Positions 28,751 to 44,214 of a stretch of 64,000 nt of DNA are shown here, piece by piece; position 1 is the stretch's first letter; every line of letters begins with the position of its first letter. The notes under the pieces were generated by a model. The model searched no databases, was not told the DNA's origin, and saw nothing but the letters and a program-made list of their open reading frames with translations. The translations under genes and the position numbers were made by a program. This DNA is from Eledone cirrhosa. Taxonomy: Eukaryota. The stretch is from assembly GCA_964016885.1 (NCBI GenBank), contig OZ024745.1, positions 46,314,001-46,378,000 on the forward strand. The letters are read 5' to 3'.

Positions 28751-29790
28751 GAGAAGAAATTCCAAACTTGGAAGCAGGGACTAGAAAGGGTCTCAAAGTC
28801 AACATGACAAAGACTAAGGTCCTTGTAAGTAGACGAGAAAACAGAACCCAGATCCCCTCAGGGAAATGGCCTTGCTCAGTATGTAGGAAAGGTGTAGGTA
28901 GGAACTCCATTCTCTGCCCCAAATGCAAACAATGTGTACACAAGAGATGTAGCGGGATCTCAGGAAGCTTAATTAAGAATGTAGGCTTCACATGCAGCAG
29001 CTGTGCTGGGACAGCAAGCAGCAAACAGACACAGGAAACAAGTACCACCAATCTCTGGGAGGGCTCTGTAGAAACAGTAGACAGCTTCTGCTACCTAGGT
29101 GACCGAATTAGCAGCAGAGGTGGGTGTTCAGAAAGTACAATAACTAGGGTAAGAATGGGATGGAAGAAGTTCAGGGAACTACTACCACTGCTAGCTGCAA
29201 AAGGCTTCTCCCCCAAAATGAAAGGCAGACTGTATGATGCATGTATACGAACAGCAATGTTACATGGTAGTGAGACCTGGGCACTGAAGGTGGAAGATTT
29301 ACGTAGATTAGAAAGAAACGAAGCCTGCATGCTCCGATGTTGTGTAATAGTAATATACGCGAATGGCAAAGCATAAATGAATTGAGAGAGAGACTGAGCA
29401 TAAGAGGAATCAAATGCTGTGTGCAGGAGAGGCAGTTGCGTTGGTATGGTCATGTGATGCGTATGAAGGATGACAGCTGCATAAAAAGGTGCAGAGCACT
29501 AGAAGTCAATGGAAACCGCGGAGTGGGGAGACCCAAGAAGACCTGGGATGAGGTGATAAAAGCCGACCTTACCCAATTACACCTCTCAAAGGCGATGACA
29601 CACTGTGACCTCTGGCGTTACACAGTAATACAGAGTACCCGACCTCCCATGGGTACAAGCTGAAGCATATAGACAATATGCCCCCACACCCACCCACTGC
29701 AAAGTGGCCGTGGAGGTGCCACAGCAAAAAAGCACCCAGCCCACACTGTAAAGTGGACGTGTAGGCGCCACGGAAAAAAGCACCCAGCAC
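28751..29790 (+). mobile_element. RTE subfamily B 3' fragment (frameshifted)
   Basis: ORFs 28768-29376 and 29337-29663 match the copy at 60367-62220. Confidence 0.9.
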
Positions 29791-30410
29791 TCATTACAGG
29801 AATTTCGAATCACCAGCGTGAGAAGAATATAAGCTACTAGAGACATTGGTAAAGCATTAAAATTAAAAGTATAAATTGAAATGAAACCATCCTCACCTAA
29901 ATCACACATGTACACACTCACCAGGAGCATGTTTCGCCATTTTAGTGGGTTCCAATACGGCCCGGTGGGTCATCAGCATGTGGAAGGCCAATATTGTCTG
30001 CACTACTAGAGAGAGAACTAAAATAAACCACCCTTCGCACGTGTAGAGATAAGAGGAATGCATGCTCGAGGCAGTAACTGGTGGCATGAACACATGCAAA
30101 GCATCTACATGTGCGAAGCATCTACACATGCGAAGGGTGGTTTATTTTAGGTCTCTCTCTAGTAGTGCGGACAATATTGGCCTTCCACATGCTGATGACC
30201 CACCGGGCCGTATTGGAACCCACTAAAATGGCGAAACATGCTCCTGGTGAGTGTGTACATGTGGGATTTAGGTGAGGATGGTTTCATTTCAATTTATACT
30301 TTTAATTTTAATGCTTTACCAATGCCTCTAGTAACTTATATTCTTCTCACGCTGGTGGTTCAAAATTCCTGTAATGAAAAACACACTCTCCTGTGTCTTT
30401 CCCCTCTATA
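29791..30410. mobile_element. Head-to-head inverted pair (about 257-bp arms) with a hammerhead-like core in each arm
   Basis: 29791-30047 is the reverse complement of 30121-30377; CTGATGA at 30192 -c-cca...tgg-c- GAAAcatg at 30233; stems I and III imperfect. Confidence 0.7.
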
Positions 30411-30421
30411 TATTGTATATA

Positions 30422-30453
<32 letters not shown>

Positions 30454-30553
30454 AGAATAATATTAAGAAAGATGCTGATGTTACAGAAATCTTGCTAACA
30501 TCACACTCCTGTTTTTACCAAAACAACCTCTACTGAACATCTACATATATATA

Positions 30554-31040
30554 TCATCATCATCATCATCATTATTTTACGTCCGCTCTTCCCTGCTTGC
30601 AAGGGTGGGACGGGTCTTATTCAGCACAGTATCTCTCCACTTGTCACGGTCCTTCGTCATCTCCACCGTGAGCTTCAGCGATCTGAGGTCTGTTCTCACC
30701 ACCTCCGCCCATGTTTTTCGTGGTCTACCTCTACCACGTCTTCCTTCAACTGGCATTTCCTGGCACTTCTTTACCCATCGCTCATCCTCCATGCGCATCA
30801 CATGTCCATACCACCTCAATCTCCTCTCCCGTACACTACATTCTATCCCTCTCAGATACAGTTTCTCTCTCAACACATTTATGCTGGGTCGTTCACGCAT
30901 ATTGACACTGCACATCCAACGGAGCATGCTTGCCTCATTTCTCTCCAGCCGTCGCATATCCTCTGCAGTTGCTGCCCATGTCTCACTACCATGCAACATC
31001 GCGCTCCTCACACAGGCATCATATAACCGGCCTTTCGTAC
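30554..31040 (-). mobile_element. RTE subfamily C 3' fragment; the ORF runs straight into the tail
   Basis: KGRLYDACVRSAMLHGSETW...KTRPTLASREERT* followed by (TGA)n. Confidence 0.88.
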
Positions 31041-31049
31041 ACATATATG

Positions 31050-31335
31050 TCATCATCATCATCATCGTCATTCCATTTTATGTCCGCTTTTTCCCTGCTT
31101 GCAAGGGTGGGATGGGAACTGATTTTGGCTTGATTTCTAGAGCTGGATGCCCTTCCTAACACCAACCTCATTTACAGTGAGTGCTGGGTGCTTTTTTGCC
31201 GTGGCACCTCCACGACCACTTTACAGTGGAATGATAGGGACCCCAGTCCCTATCATCTCATTTCTACAGCTGAGTAAACTGGAGCAATGTGAAATAAAGT
31301 GTCTTGCTCAAGGAAACAACACATCACCCAGTCTG
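31050..31335 (-). mobile_element. SINE family 2, 5'-truncated
   Basis: Reverse complement of 2370-2645. Confidence 0.85.
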
Positions 31336-31372
31336 ATATGTATATATATGTATATATATATATATATGTATG

Positions 31373-31538
<166 letters not shown>

Positions 31539-31559
31539 TATATATATATATATATATAC

Positions 31560-31885
31560 AGGGTACCCGACCTCCCATGGGTACATGCTGAAGCATATAA
31601 ACAATATGCCCCCACTCCCCCCACCGCAAGGTGGTCGTGGAGGTGCCACGGCAAAAAAGCACCCAGCCCACACTGTAAAGTGGACGTGTAGGCGCCACGA
31701 AAAAGCACCCAGCACTCACTGTAAATGAGGTTGGTGTTAGGAAGGGCATCCAGCTGTAGAAATCAAGCCAGATCAGTTCCTGTATGAGCAAGGCATGGTC
31801 AGCCGACCAGACACTGCCCACAACAGGACAACCCGTCTAACCCATGCTAGCGTGGAAGAACGGACGTAAAACGGTGATGATGATA
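31560..31885 (+). mobile_element. RTE subfamily B 3'UTR and tail
   Basis: Matches 29635-29790 and the reverse complement of 59835-60170. Confidence 0.85.
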
Positions 31886-32322
31886 TATATACAGATACTA
31901 CTTTATAAATTGTCATCTATATATAGTACTTTCTCTCATTCAAGTACGATTCTATATTTTTCTACTAACCAATTAAATCATCAGTGGTTACCATATTAAG
32001 TAATGTGTGCGAATCTATGTGTGTATATGCATATAGGTATGTATATATATGTATCTATGTATGTGTGTGTAACTATGTATGTATGTGTGTGTGTATTTGA
32101 GTGTATGTGTCAGTGTATTTCTGTGTGTATATGTCTGTGTCTGTGTGTGTATCTTTATATGTATGTATTCATCTCTGACCAGTCCTCCTCAGTTGCATTA
32201 CTCCAGTGTTTGACCTAGACACAAAGGCAATTGACCATTGCGTGAGTATAAAACCATACTACTAACAATACTATATAGAGACTTTCATGTTTTGATATAT
32301 CAAAACAACAACACACATATAT

Positions 32323-32358
<36 letters not shown>

Positions 32359-32495
32359 AGTATAGAAAATATTGTAGCAAGAAGCCAATAGTATTCCATA
32401 ATTTATAAGTGACTATAGCGTCAAAATGGGAAAATAGTTAACGTAAGATGTGGGAAAAATAATTCAAACTAATTATTCAAAAAATAATTCAAAAA

Positions 32496-32602
<107 letters not shown>

Positions 32603-32775
32603 GAAATTATATTTAATTTGTTGGGATTCCAACAAACTTAAAAGTTTATAACTGATATAGAGCACTCAACAGATAACTGGAGTAAATATTCAATATATTA
32701 ATTCACTATCCAGCGAATTTTCAACCGTCAAGGTTGTTTTCCATGGTTATGTCCCTATTTATAAAACCAATTTTG

Positions 32776-32840
32776 TATTTTATTTGATGAAAGCACACCA
32801 AGATTTGCTTGGTTGCCCTTGAAATATATATAATAAAATA
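32776..32840 (+). ncRNA. Type I hammerhead-like motif (U3 variant), same family as 16538
   Basis: tattttat-TTGATGA-aag..accaag(atttg)cttggt..ctt-GAAA-tatata-TA-ataaaata. Confidence 0.6.
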
Positions 32841-32890
32841 ATTATGGTTTTATAAATATAGTTTCCATTTATTAATATATTGTATATATA

Positions 32891-33080
32891 AGGGCGGTGG
32901 ATTGGCAGTATCGGTAGAGGGTCGGACGCCATGCTTTCCAGCATAGTTACGTCCCTTTACGATCTGAGTTCAAATCCCGCCGAGGTTGACTTTGCCTTTC
33001 ATCCTTACGGGGTCGATAAAATAAAGTACCAGTAATGCACTGGGTAATTGCTGGCCTTGTGCCAAAAGTAGAAACAATTA
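32891..33080 (+). mobile_element. SINE family 1
   Basis: Aligns with 1883-2075. Confidence 0.85.
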
Positions 33081-33102
33081 ATATATTGTATATATATATA
33101 TA

Positions 33103-35302
33103 TCATCATCATCATCATCATCAACGTTTAACGTCCGTGTTCCACGCTTGCATGGGTTTGGACGGGGGTTTTCCCACTTGAGGCAAGAGTGATTGTCTTG
33201 CTCGCATAGGACTGTCTGGCAGGTTTTCTACAGTTGGATGCCCTTCCTAACACCAACCACATTTACAGTGTGGGTCTGGGAGGTTTTTACCGTGTTGCCT
33301 ACACGACCACATTACAGCGTGGACTGTGTGTTTTTTTGTCGTGACACCTACACGATCTCATTTGTTTCGGCCTGGATGGTGTGGCACCAACATAACTTTA
33401 CATAGAAGGGGGCGGTGTGGATGGGGGGGGGGGGGGTATTTTGTTAGAGATACCTACTGTAGTAGGTTTTACTATGTATTTAGGTAAGGCGGGTCTTCTC
33501 TATTACTGAGTACCGCCAAAGGTCTCGGTCCAGTGACATTGTCTTGGAGAGGTGTAAGTGTGTGAGGTCGGAATTTATCAGCTCGTCCCAGGTTTTTCTA
33601 GGTCTGCCTATTCCGTGGCTACCGTCTATCTTTATTGCCCTGCACTTTGTTATACAGCTATCGACTTTCATGCGCATCACGTGTCCATACCAACGTAGCC
33701 TTCTCTCGAGTAAACAACATCTGATCCCTCTTATTTCTAATTTTTTCCTTAGTTCGTTTATGCTTTGCCGTTCACGTATATTACTATTACACATCCAGCG
33801 AAGCATGCAAGCTTCGTTCCTCTCTAGTCTGCGTATATCCTCTGCACACAATGCCCAGGTCTCACTGCCATGCAACATTGCTGTTTGTATGCAGGCATCA
33901 TACAACCTGCCTTTCGTTTTTAGGGAGAACCCTTTAGCGGCTAATAGTGGTATAAGCTCTCTGAACTTTTTCCATCCAGTTCTGACTCTAGCTACTGTAC
34001 TTTCAGAGCACCCTCCCCCACTGCTGATTTTGTCATCCAGGTAACGGAAGCTGTCCACTATTTCTATAGAGCCCTCTGTGCAGTTGAAAGAGCTAGTATT
34101 TTGTGGGCACTTGCTGCTACTTATTGCACCAGAGCACCGGCCACATGTGAAATCTATGTTCTTAGTTAGCTTACCTGTGATCCCACTACATCTTTTATGC
34201 ACCCATACTTTGCATTTCTGACACAAAATGGAGTTTCTACCTACGCCTTTCCTACACACTGAGCATGGCCACTTCCCGGAAGGGACCGCCGCCTTATTTT
34301 CTTTCCTACAAACTAGAACTTTGGTCTTAGCCAGATTAATTTTAAGGCCTTTTGATTCTAGGCCGTGCTTCCATGTTTGGAATTTCTTCTCTAGCTCGGC
34401 CATTGATTCAGCTATGAGTGTTAGGTCGCCTGCGTATAGGAGTTCCCATGGGCAGTCGGTCTTGAACTCCTCTGTTATAGCCTGAAGGGCAATAATAAAT
34501 AGTAGGGGGCTGAGAACAGAGCCCTGATGGACGCCAACTTTTACGCTAAACTCTTCACTATATTCGTTGTTAATTCTAACCTTGCTGAGTGTTTCTTTAT
34601 ACATGGCTTGTATAGCTCTCACAAGCCATTCGTCGATACCTAGTTTTCTAAGGGCCCACCAGATAATGGAACGGGGGACTCTGTCGAAGGCTTTCTCCAA
34701 GTCGACAAAAGCTAAGTAGAGGGGTTTACTTTTAGCTAGGTACTTCTCCTGTAGTTGTCGTACAATGAAAAGAGCGTCTGTGGTACTTTTGCCTGACACA
34801 AACCCGAACTGCATTTCATCTAGGTCAATTCTCTCTCTGATTAGTTGCGCTATTACTTTTTCTGTGACCTTCATGACCTGGTCGATTAATTTAATGCCTC
34901 TATAGTTACTCCTATCTAGGGCATCTCCTTTACCCTTATAACAGTTAACGATGATGCTGCTATGCCAGTCCTTCGGAACAACCCCATTCTGTACGACTTG
35001 GTTAACTATCCGGGTGACCATGGTGTGTCCCACCGTTCCAGACGCCTTCAGCATCTCAGCAACTATTTCCGAAGGCCCAGCCGCCTTACCCGTCTTCATA
35101 TCCTTGATTGCCTTACTTATTATACTACCCTCGACTAACACTGCTGGTCCCTCTATTGGGTCGATGTGGGGGAGACTGTCTTTCTCCCATTTATTCTCCT
35201 CATTTAGTAGCCTTTCATAGTGACACTTCCAAGCTACCTTCTTATCAGCGTCGGTGATGGCAAGTACGCCGTCATCATTAAGTACACACTTCTCCCCGAC
35301 AA
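33103..35302 (-). mobile_element. RTE subfamily A, 5'-truncated; ORF 33480-35318 with YADD changed to YAGD
   Basis: RT motifs, PHD-like insert, 3'UTR and tail. Confidence 0.92.
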
Positions 35303-35499
35303 ATATAAACGGAGTCAAAGACTTGCATTATATTCCCTGTAAATTATGTGCTCAAAGGAAAAGGAATCCTGAGCTCTTCAAAATACAATATGTAGAAAGG
35401 ATAACACACTAGAGAGAGATAGAGTGTGTGCGATCAAAAAACAGGGAAACCACCAGTGTATCCTTTCTACATATATATATATATATATATATACATATA

Positions 35500-35679
35500 A
35501 AATTTAATGTAGAAATGGCTTCTACAAGACTAGAACTGTTTCATTTAAAGGAAATCATCAGGAAAGCCCTGTAGAAACAGTTCTAGCCCTGTAGAAGCCA
35601 TTTCTATATTAAATCTTGTATATACTCTATGTATTGAGTACCTTACTTACTGTGGCTACCCCCGATTGAACCCAGGACT
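35500..35679. mobile_element. Inverted short insert, same family as 11386-11580
   Basis: Shared gagtaccttacttactgtgg..ccgatt.aaccc tail; tcatcag/tttc core on the minus strand. Confidence 0.6.
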
Positions 35680-35745
<66 letters not shown>

Positions 35746-36225
35746 GTAATAATAATAAATTTGAAGACTAAAATCCAAAGAGGGCTCGATAAGGATAAAT
35801 ATATATCAAATATATAAGAACCGCAGAGCAAATATGTTATTTTAATTAATATATATATATATTTATATATATACATGAAGCAGAAAAGAGAGGAATACAC
35901 ATATATATGTGTGTATATATATATATGTGTGTGTTCAAATTATATGGGATATAAAGCCAACACATATTTATCTGCATTTCTTTACTGTTTTATAAAGAGC
36001 TCGGAATTTCTTCCTTGAGCTTGTAGGGGAATATTGTTAGTTTTTAACTTGACTCTTCAATTTCATATATATATATATATATATATATAATGTAGATAAA
36101 TCTACCAAGAGTTTATGGTAGTGTCCAATCCGTATGAAGAACTCAATGTATTCCGGATATCATGGAAAGAAGAGATGTAATGAAAAATCACTTTCGGTGA
36201 AAGATAAACGGTATACAGAGTCAAG

Positions 36226-37069
36226 ATAAAATATTAAACAAATAATGAATAAAACAATGAAACAGTTCCTTATATTAAACAAAAAAAGTTCATTATTTAA
36301 CGATCGTTTCTAGGATATATATGTGTTAGAATTGGCATGCATATTCAACAGATCTATGTACAAAATTATACAAAATTATACAAACTATCAAGATTAAATA
36401 TACATACCAACACATATATACGCCGTCTTCAGAAATAATGAAATATATTTATTGATAATAACAACAATTCAAAATTTCAGGTCCGTTTGGGAACAAAATT
36501 GACCAATGAAAATACAAAAGGTTTAATGCAGTTCGGTGTGTGTATATACATGTAACTACCCTTACACATATTTTACAAAAATGTATGCTCAACTTGTATA
36601 CGCATACCAAAAGGATGGATGCAAATACAAAATTTCAAGGTTAATGTCTCTGTAAGTTTATAATGCACAGATAAGATGCGTATAGACACATAAATATGAA
36701 ATAAGTGTATACACATATTCTCATACTCACACATATCCGTACAATCACACACACACGCGCGTATATGCATAAACATACACATAACTACGAACATACAAAC
36801 ACACACACACCCCCACTCATATATATATATGTGGATATAAAATCCTAAGCACATGGATATTAATTCACTCACATAAACACTGGCACACACATTTAGATCA
36901 AGATACAGAAATTAGGTGGGAGGGGGGGAGAGGTCAGTATTCAACTGTTTGGGCAGACTGCTTATTATAGATGTATCTATAAACTAAGAAAATAAAAAAT
37001 AATAAATAATAAATAAACATTAAAAAGGAAAGAAAAGAAAAAGAAAAAAGAAAAAAGAAATATATCAAG

Positions 37070-37137
<68 letters not shown>

Positions 37138-37281
37138 CATACATATATATACATATATATATATATATATACAAACACATACATACATATACACACATCC
37201 ACACTTAGAACATACATACACACACATATATAAACATATACATATACACACATACATACATATACACACATACATATAAAT

Positions 37282-37338
<57 letters not shown>

Positions 37339-37633
37339 TATAATCACACATACTATATAGACACACATATATATACACACATACACGCACATATACATAC
37401 ACTTACATACTTATATACATACAGATATACACATACATACCTATATATACACACAAATACATACAGACATACATACATACATACAGACAAATACTTACGC
37501 ATCCATATATCGGTATATACATACAAACACCACTACATTCTCACACAACTCAGACATACAAAGAAAAAGGTATATACCTATACACATATACATATACAAA
37601 TAGATAAACATATACATATATATATATATATAT

Positions 37634-37674
<41 letters not shown>

Positions 37675-38220
37675 CACATATACACACATATACATACATA
37701 CACATACATACATGTACACACACATAGATATATATACATACACACATACACACATACATATATAGTCATACACATACATACACCTACACGAACATACACA
37801 TACACATATATAAAGATATATATACACACACACACACACACATATATATAAAAAATAAAGATATATATATATATATATATATACATACATATACATACAC
37901 ACATACATAGACATATATGTACATACATACACATACATACATACATACACACACATACATACATATATATATACACACATAGACATATACATACATACAC
38001 AGACAACATACATACACACACATATATACTCATACATAGAATTAGATATATATTCATACATACATACGCACTTACATATACTCATATATACAAATACATA
38101 CGCATCCATATATGCGTATATATATAGAAACACCACTACACCCTCACACAACTCAGACATACAAAGAAAAAGGCATATACATATACATATATACACGCAT
38201 TAATAGAGATATATATACAC

Positions 38221-38251
<31 letters not shown>

Positions 38252-38269
38252 CACTTATATATATAGACC
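36226..38269 (-). repeat. Left arm of the about 2-kb inverted repeat (inverted pLTR)
   Basis: Identical 105-aa shadow ORFs at 36573-36890(-) and 43530-43847(+); the arms differ mainly in microsatellite length. Confidence 0.92.
36289..36442 (-). ncRNA. Hammerhead ribozyme motif, mirror copy
   Basis: Reverse complement of 43978-44131. Confidence 0.7.
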
Positions 38270-40205
38270 ACACTTCAACCTGAAAAGACCACACTTCAAC
38301 CTGAAGGATCATAAATCAAACTTTAACTCAAATCCTTCTATTAGACTTATATGTCCCTCCAAATCAGATATTGGAATAATTAGCAAAAAAATTTTGGATA
38401 GAGTCATCCCACAAATAAGAAAACACGTTATTTTACCACTCTGGGAAAACACCTCCCAGGTAATTAACTGGTTTAAAAATATTAGATGTAAATCTTCTGC
38501 TTCATTTCTACAATTTGATATAGATAATTACTATTCTTCTATATCACCTATACTCCTGAACAAAGCATTGATATTTGCTAAAAATAGATCTAACTTAACT
38601 TTGGATGACATTAATATTATTACACATGCTAGACTAACACTTATTGAATTTCCGAATGAATACTGGACCAGAAACACATATAGTAGTCTATTTGATATTA
38701 CTATGGGTTCAAGCGATTCCGCCCAAATTACTGATCTTGTGGGCCTCTTTCTCCTTTTCAACATAAATGCCTCCTTTCCCCACCTCAAAGGTGGTTTATA
38801 TCGTGATGACTGTCTTCTTCTTTCTAACAACCTTAGCCTTTCAGAAATTGAAAAAAACAAAAAACATATTAGAACTTTCCTTAAAGACTATTATAATCTT
38901 AATATTACTTTTGAAAAAACAAGTAAAGTAGTAAATTTCCTAGATATAACTTTAGATTTAGCTACGGGTATCTACCAACCTTACCATAAACCAAACCAAA
39001 ACTTACATTACATACACTCACAATCTAATCACCCTAAATCTATCCTTAAAAACCTTGCATATAATATATCACTTAGAATTTCTAACCTTTCTTCTAACCA
39101 AGATGTATTTGATAAAAATACGACCTTCTATAACGAAGCTCTAGATAGAAGTGGCCACAAAAATAGATTAGAATATATACCTTCTACTAAAAATACTGAA
39201 AGCATACAACCTAATATTACCAACAAACACCAAATGAAAAGTACACACCTAAATGCCACCCACACTATACCCCAAAATACCAAATCTTCTAATATAAAGT
39301 ATAGTAACTCTCAAAAAACTACTCATCATACAACTCTAATAAATATTAATAATAAAACTCCTAATAAAAAGGATAAAACACCTAAATCTACAAATATAAC
39401 TAAAAATGGTTGTGGTGAGATCATTAACATTAATCCTCCTAGTAAAAATCACGATACAACCTATAAAAATAATAAAAATAATAAACAACATAGAAACCGT
39501 AATAGACGGGTTACTTGGTATAATGCTCCATTTAATTTACAAATTAAGGATAATATTGCTAAAAAATTTTTTTATATCCTAGAGAAAAACTTCCCGCCAA
39601 ACCACAAATACCATCAAATCTTAAATAGGTCTACAGTTAAATTCTCATACTCTACAACAAATAACATAAAACAAAATATAAGTGCCTATAATGCATATAA
39701 ATGTAAGAAAACCATAAGTATACCACCAGTACATCAAATTAACCATAATATCTCCTCAAATACAGAATTAACGAAAGGTTGTAACTGTAGAAACAAAGCA
39801 AACTGCCCATTAAAAGGGAATTGTCTTGTTAACAACATAGTCTATAAATGTAATGTTAAAACTAAAGATTCTATTTGCTCATATATAGGAGCTACCTCTA
39901 ACAATTTTAAGACAAGGTTTAATACCCACAAGCATAGTTTTAAAAATGCCGCACTGGCTAATACAACATCTCTAGCAGAAAAAATCAATAGTTATAAAAA
40001 TAAGAATATAGAATATGATTTGACCTGGAGTGTGCTCAAAAGAGCCACCCCTTATCAAAATAATAGAAATGAATGTAGATTATGTTCCCAAGAACTATTT
40101 GAAATAATGAAATCTAAGGATATCCTATTAAATAAACGACAGGAATTAATTATATCGTGTAATCATAAACTAAAAAAAACATTTAAATATTATAAACCTA
40201 ATTAA
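38266..40205 (+). CDS. PLE reverse transcriptase / GIY-YIG endonuclease, probably 5'-truncated (the first ~51 aa of the listed ORF are microsatellite)
   Basis: LKDHK..P.IRLI, FDIDNYYSSI, MGS, YRDD, NFLDITL; CNCRNKANCPLKGNC; IVYKC..YIGATS..FKTRFNTH; E..LN. Confidence 0.9.
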
Positions 40206-40705
40206 TAACATTATTTTAGAAATTAATTTAATTTAAATGTTAGTTAACCTATAAATTTAATTTAATTAAAATTCTATTACAGATGAGAATATAAAATATT
40301 ATGTAATCATAAATTGTGAAAAACCTTTAAATATTACTAATATATACTTAGTAATTTAATTTATAGATTAATTTTAATTTATTTAAACCTTTTATTATAA
40401 TTCCTTTACAGATAAAATATAACAAAATATCGTGTATCCAATGACAGAGAAATAATTTTTAGTATTATAGACCTAATTAATATACATTTTAGAAATATAT
40501 TTATAATTTGGTTTTAAATTTAGTCAACCTAAAAATTTAATTTAATTGGCTTAAAATTAGTATCCTTATACAGACGAATTGCAGAATGTCATGTAATCAT
40601 AGAATGGGATGTGTTTTGGATATATACCTAGTTAATATATTCTTTGCAATTTTTGAAAAAATATGTATATGTATATATGTATGTGTATGTGTATGTGTGT
40701 GTATG

Positions 40706-40736
<31 letters not shown>

Positions 40737-41513
40737 ATGTATATATATATGTGTATGTATATGTATATGTATATGTATTAATTTTGATTTCTATTTGCAT
40801 ATAATTATATTCTGCTATTGATAAAATACAATATCTGTTTTATTTATTATATACCTAATTAACATATACTATAGAAATAAATATATAATTTTTAATTTAG
40901 TTAACCTATAATTTATATTCTACTACCGATGTAATACTTTATTTGTTTTTTCCCTATTACTAAATTCATTTCCTAATATTGATACCATAACGTTATTAAC
41001 TTTAATTTAGTTATACTATAATTAATACTCTACTACTATTTAACTTCAAAATTCTGCTTCAAATATTATAAACCTAACTAATTTACACCTTAGAAATCAA
41101 TATGTTAACTATCTTTAGTTTAGTTAACATATAATTAATGGTATACTTATTTATTTTGAAATGCATAAATTTTGCCTTATTTCTTATTTATTGTATTTCC
41201 TAACACTGAAACTATGTAAAAACATACATTGGATCCAGATACGGATAATATTCTATGTTTCTTGAAACATATATTTACTATAATCCCCTTCTCCAACCCC
41301 CCCCCCTTTCCCCCATACTATTATCATCTGTGTTTGTAAGCATGTATGTATGAATATATATGTAGGTAGGTGTATATATGTTTGGGTATTTATATCTGAA
41401 TATAAAAATACATATATGCGCATGCAAATAAGAATGTAAGATTGTGTGTGTATATATATGTGTGTATGTATATATATATGTGTATATATGCATGTGTATA
41501 TATATGTGTATGT

Positions 41514-41613
<100 letters not shown>

Positions 41614-41862
41614 ATGTATGTATGTATATATGTGTGTGTATATATATGTATGTCTCTCTATTTATATGTCTATCTTCGTATCTATGTGGATATATGTGTG
41701 TGTGTGCATGTATACACATATATGTGTTTACGTGTATATGTGTGTATGTGTATATATGTGTGTGTGCACACACATATATATGTGAGTGTGTGTATGTGTG
41801 TGTGTATATGTATGTGTATATATATATATATATATCTATGTGTGTATATATGTCTATATTCG

Positions 41863-41905
<43 letters not shown>

Positions 41906-42100
41906 TATTATTATAATATAACTTATGTGTATGTGTGTATATGTGAGGGTGTGTATATGTATATATATGTGTATATATATGTGTAAAAAAATATATATGT
42001 GTGCATGTCTGTTTTTTATGTGTGTGTGTATATATATATATGTGTATATATATGTATATGTGGGTGTTTGTATGTGTGTTTATGGTTGTATGTGTGTGTG

Positions 42101-42118
42101 GGTCTATATATATAAGTG

Positions 42119-42157
<39 letters not shown>

Positions 42158-42486
42158 ATATATATCTCTATTAATGCGTGTATATATGTATATGTATATG
42201 CCTTTTTCTTTGTATGTCTGAGTTGTGTGAGGGTGTAGTGGTGTTTCTATGTATATACGCATATATGGATGCGTATGTATTTGTATATATGAGTATATGT
42301 AAGTGCGTATGTATGTATGAATATATATCTAATTCTATGTATGAGTATATATGTGTGTGTATGTATGTTGTCTGTGTATGTATGTATATGTCTATGTGTG
42401 TATATATATATGTATGTATGTGTGTGTATGTATGTATGTATGTGTATGTATGTACATATATGTCTATGTATGTGTGTATGTATATG

Positions 42487-42533
<47 letters not shown>

Positions 42534-42725
42534 TTATTTTTTATATATATGTGTGTGTGTGTATGTGTGTGTGTGTATATATATCTTTATATATGTGTAT
42601 GTGTATGTTCGTGTAGGTGTATGTATGTGTATGACTATATATGTATGTGTGTATGTGTGTATGTATATATATCTATGTGTGTGTACATGTATGTATGTGT
42701 ATGTATGTATATGTGTGTATATGTG

Positions 42726-42790
<65 letters not shown>

Positions 42791-43065
42791 GTTTATCTAT
42801 TTGTATATGTATATGTGTATAGGTATATACCTTTTTCTTTGTATGTCTGAGTTGTGTGAGAATGTAGTGGTGTTTGTATGTATATACCGATATATGGATG
42901 CGTAAGTATTTGTCTGTATGTATGTATGTCTGTATGTATTTGTGTGTATATATAGGTATGTATGTGTATATCTGTATGTATATAAGCATGTAAGTGTATG
43001 TATATGTGCGTGTATGTGTGTATATATATGTGTGTCTATATAGTATGTGTGATTATATGTGTATA

Positions 43066-43132
<67 letters not shown>

Positions 43133-43242
43133 ATTTATATGTATGTGTGTATATGTATGTATGTGTGTATATGTATATGTTTATATATGTGTGTGTATGT
43201 ATGTTCTAAGTGTGGATGTGTGTATATGTATGTATGTGTTTG

Positions 43243-43275
<33 letters not shown>

Positions 43276-43280
43276 GTATG

Positions 43281-43350
<70 letters not shown>

Positions 43351-44194
43351 CTTGATATATTTCTTTTTTCTTTTTTCTTTTTCTTTTCTTTCCTTTTTAA
43401 TGTTTATTTATTATTTATTATTTTTTATTTTCTTAGTTTATAGATACATCTATAATAAGCAGTCTGCCCAAACAGTTGAATACTGACCTCTCCCCCCCTC
43501 CCACCTAATTTCTGTATCTTGATCTAAATGTGTGTGCCAGTGTTTATGTGAGTGAATTAATATCCATGTGCTTAGGATTTTATATCCACATATATATATA
43601 TGAGTGGGGGTGTGTGTGTGTTTGTATGTTCGTAGTTATGTGTATGTTTATGCATATACGCGCGTGTGTGTGTGATTGTACGGATATGTGTGAGTATGAG
43701 AATATGTGTATACACTTATTTCATATTTATGTGTCTATACGCATCTTATCTGTGCATTATAAACTTACAGAGACATTAACCTTGAAATTTTGTATTTGCA
43801 TCCATCCTTTTGGTATGCGTATACAAGTTGAGCATACATTTTTGTAAAATATGTGTAAGGGTAGTTACATGTATATACACACACCGAACTGCATTAAACC
43901 TTTTGTATTTTCATTGGTCAATTTTGTTCCCAAACGGACCTGAAATTTTGAATTGTTGTTATTATCAATAAATATATTTCATTATTTCTGAAGACGGCGT
44001 ATATATGTGTTGGTATGTATATTTAATCTTGATAGTTTGTATAATTTTGTATAATTTTGTACATAGATCTGTTGAATATGCATGCCAATTCTAACACATA
44101 TATATCCTAGAAACGATCGTTAAATAATGAACTTTTTTTGTTTAATATAAGGAACTGTTTCATTGTTTTATTCATTATTTGTTTAATATTTTAT
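42101..44194 (+). repeat. Right arm of the inverted repeat (3'UTR/pLTR of the PLE)
   Basis: See the left arm. Confidence 0.92.
43978..44131 (+). ncRNA. Type I hammerhead ribozyme motif with a very long stem-loop II
   Basis: ttcattattt-CTGAAGA-..tatatatgtgttgg...ctaacacatatata..-GAAA-cgatcg-TT-aaataatgaa; 10-bp stem I; palindromic ACGATCGT; base of stem II imperfect. Confidence 0.72.
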
Positions 44195-44214
44195 ATATAT
44201 ATATATATATATAT

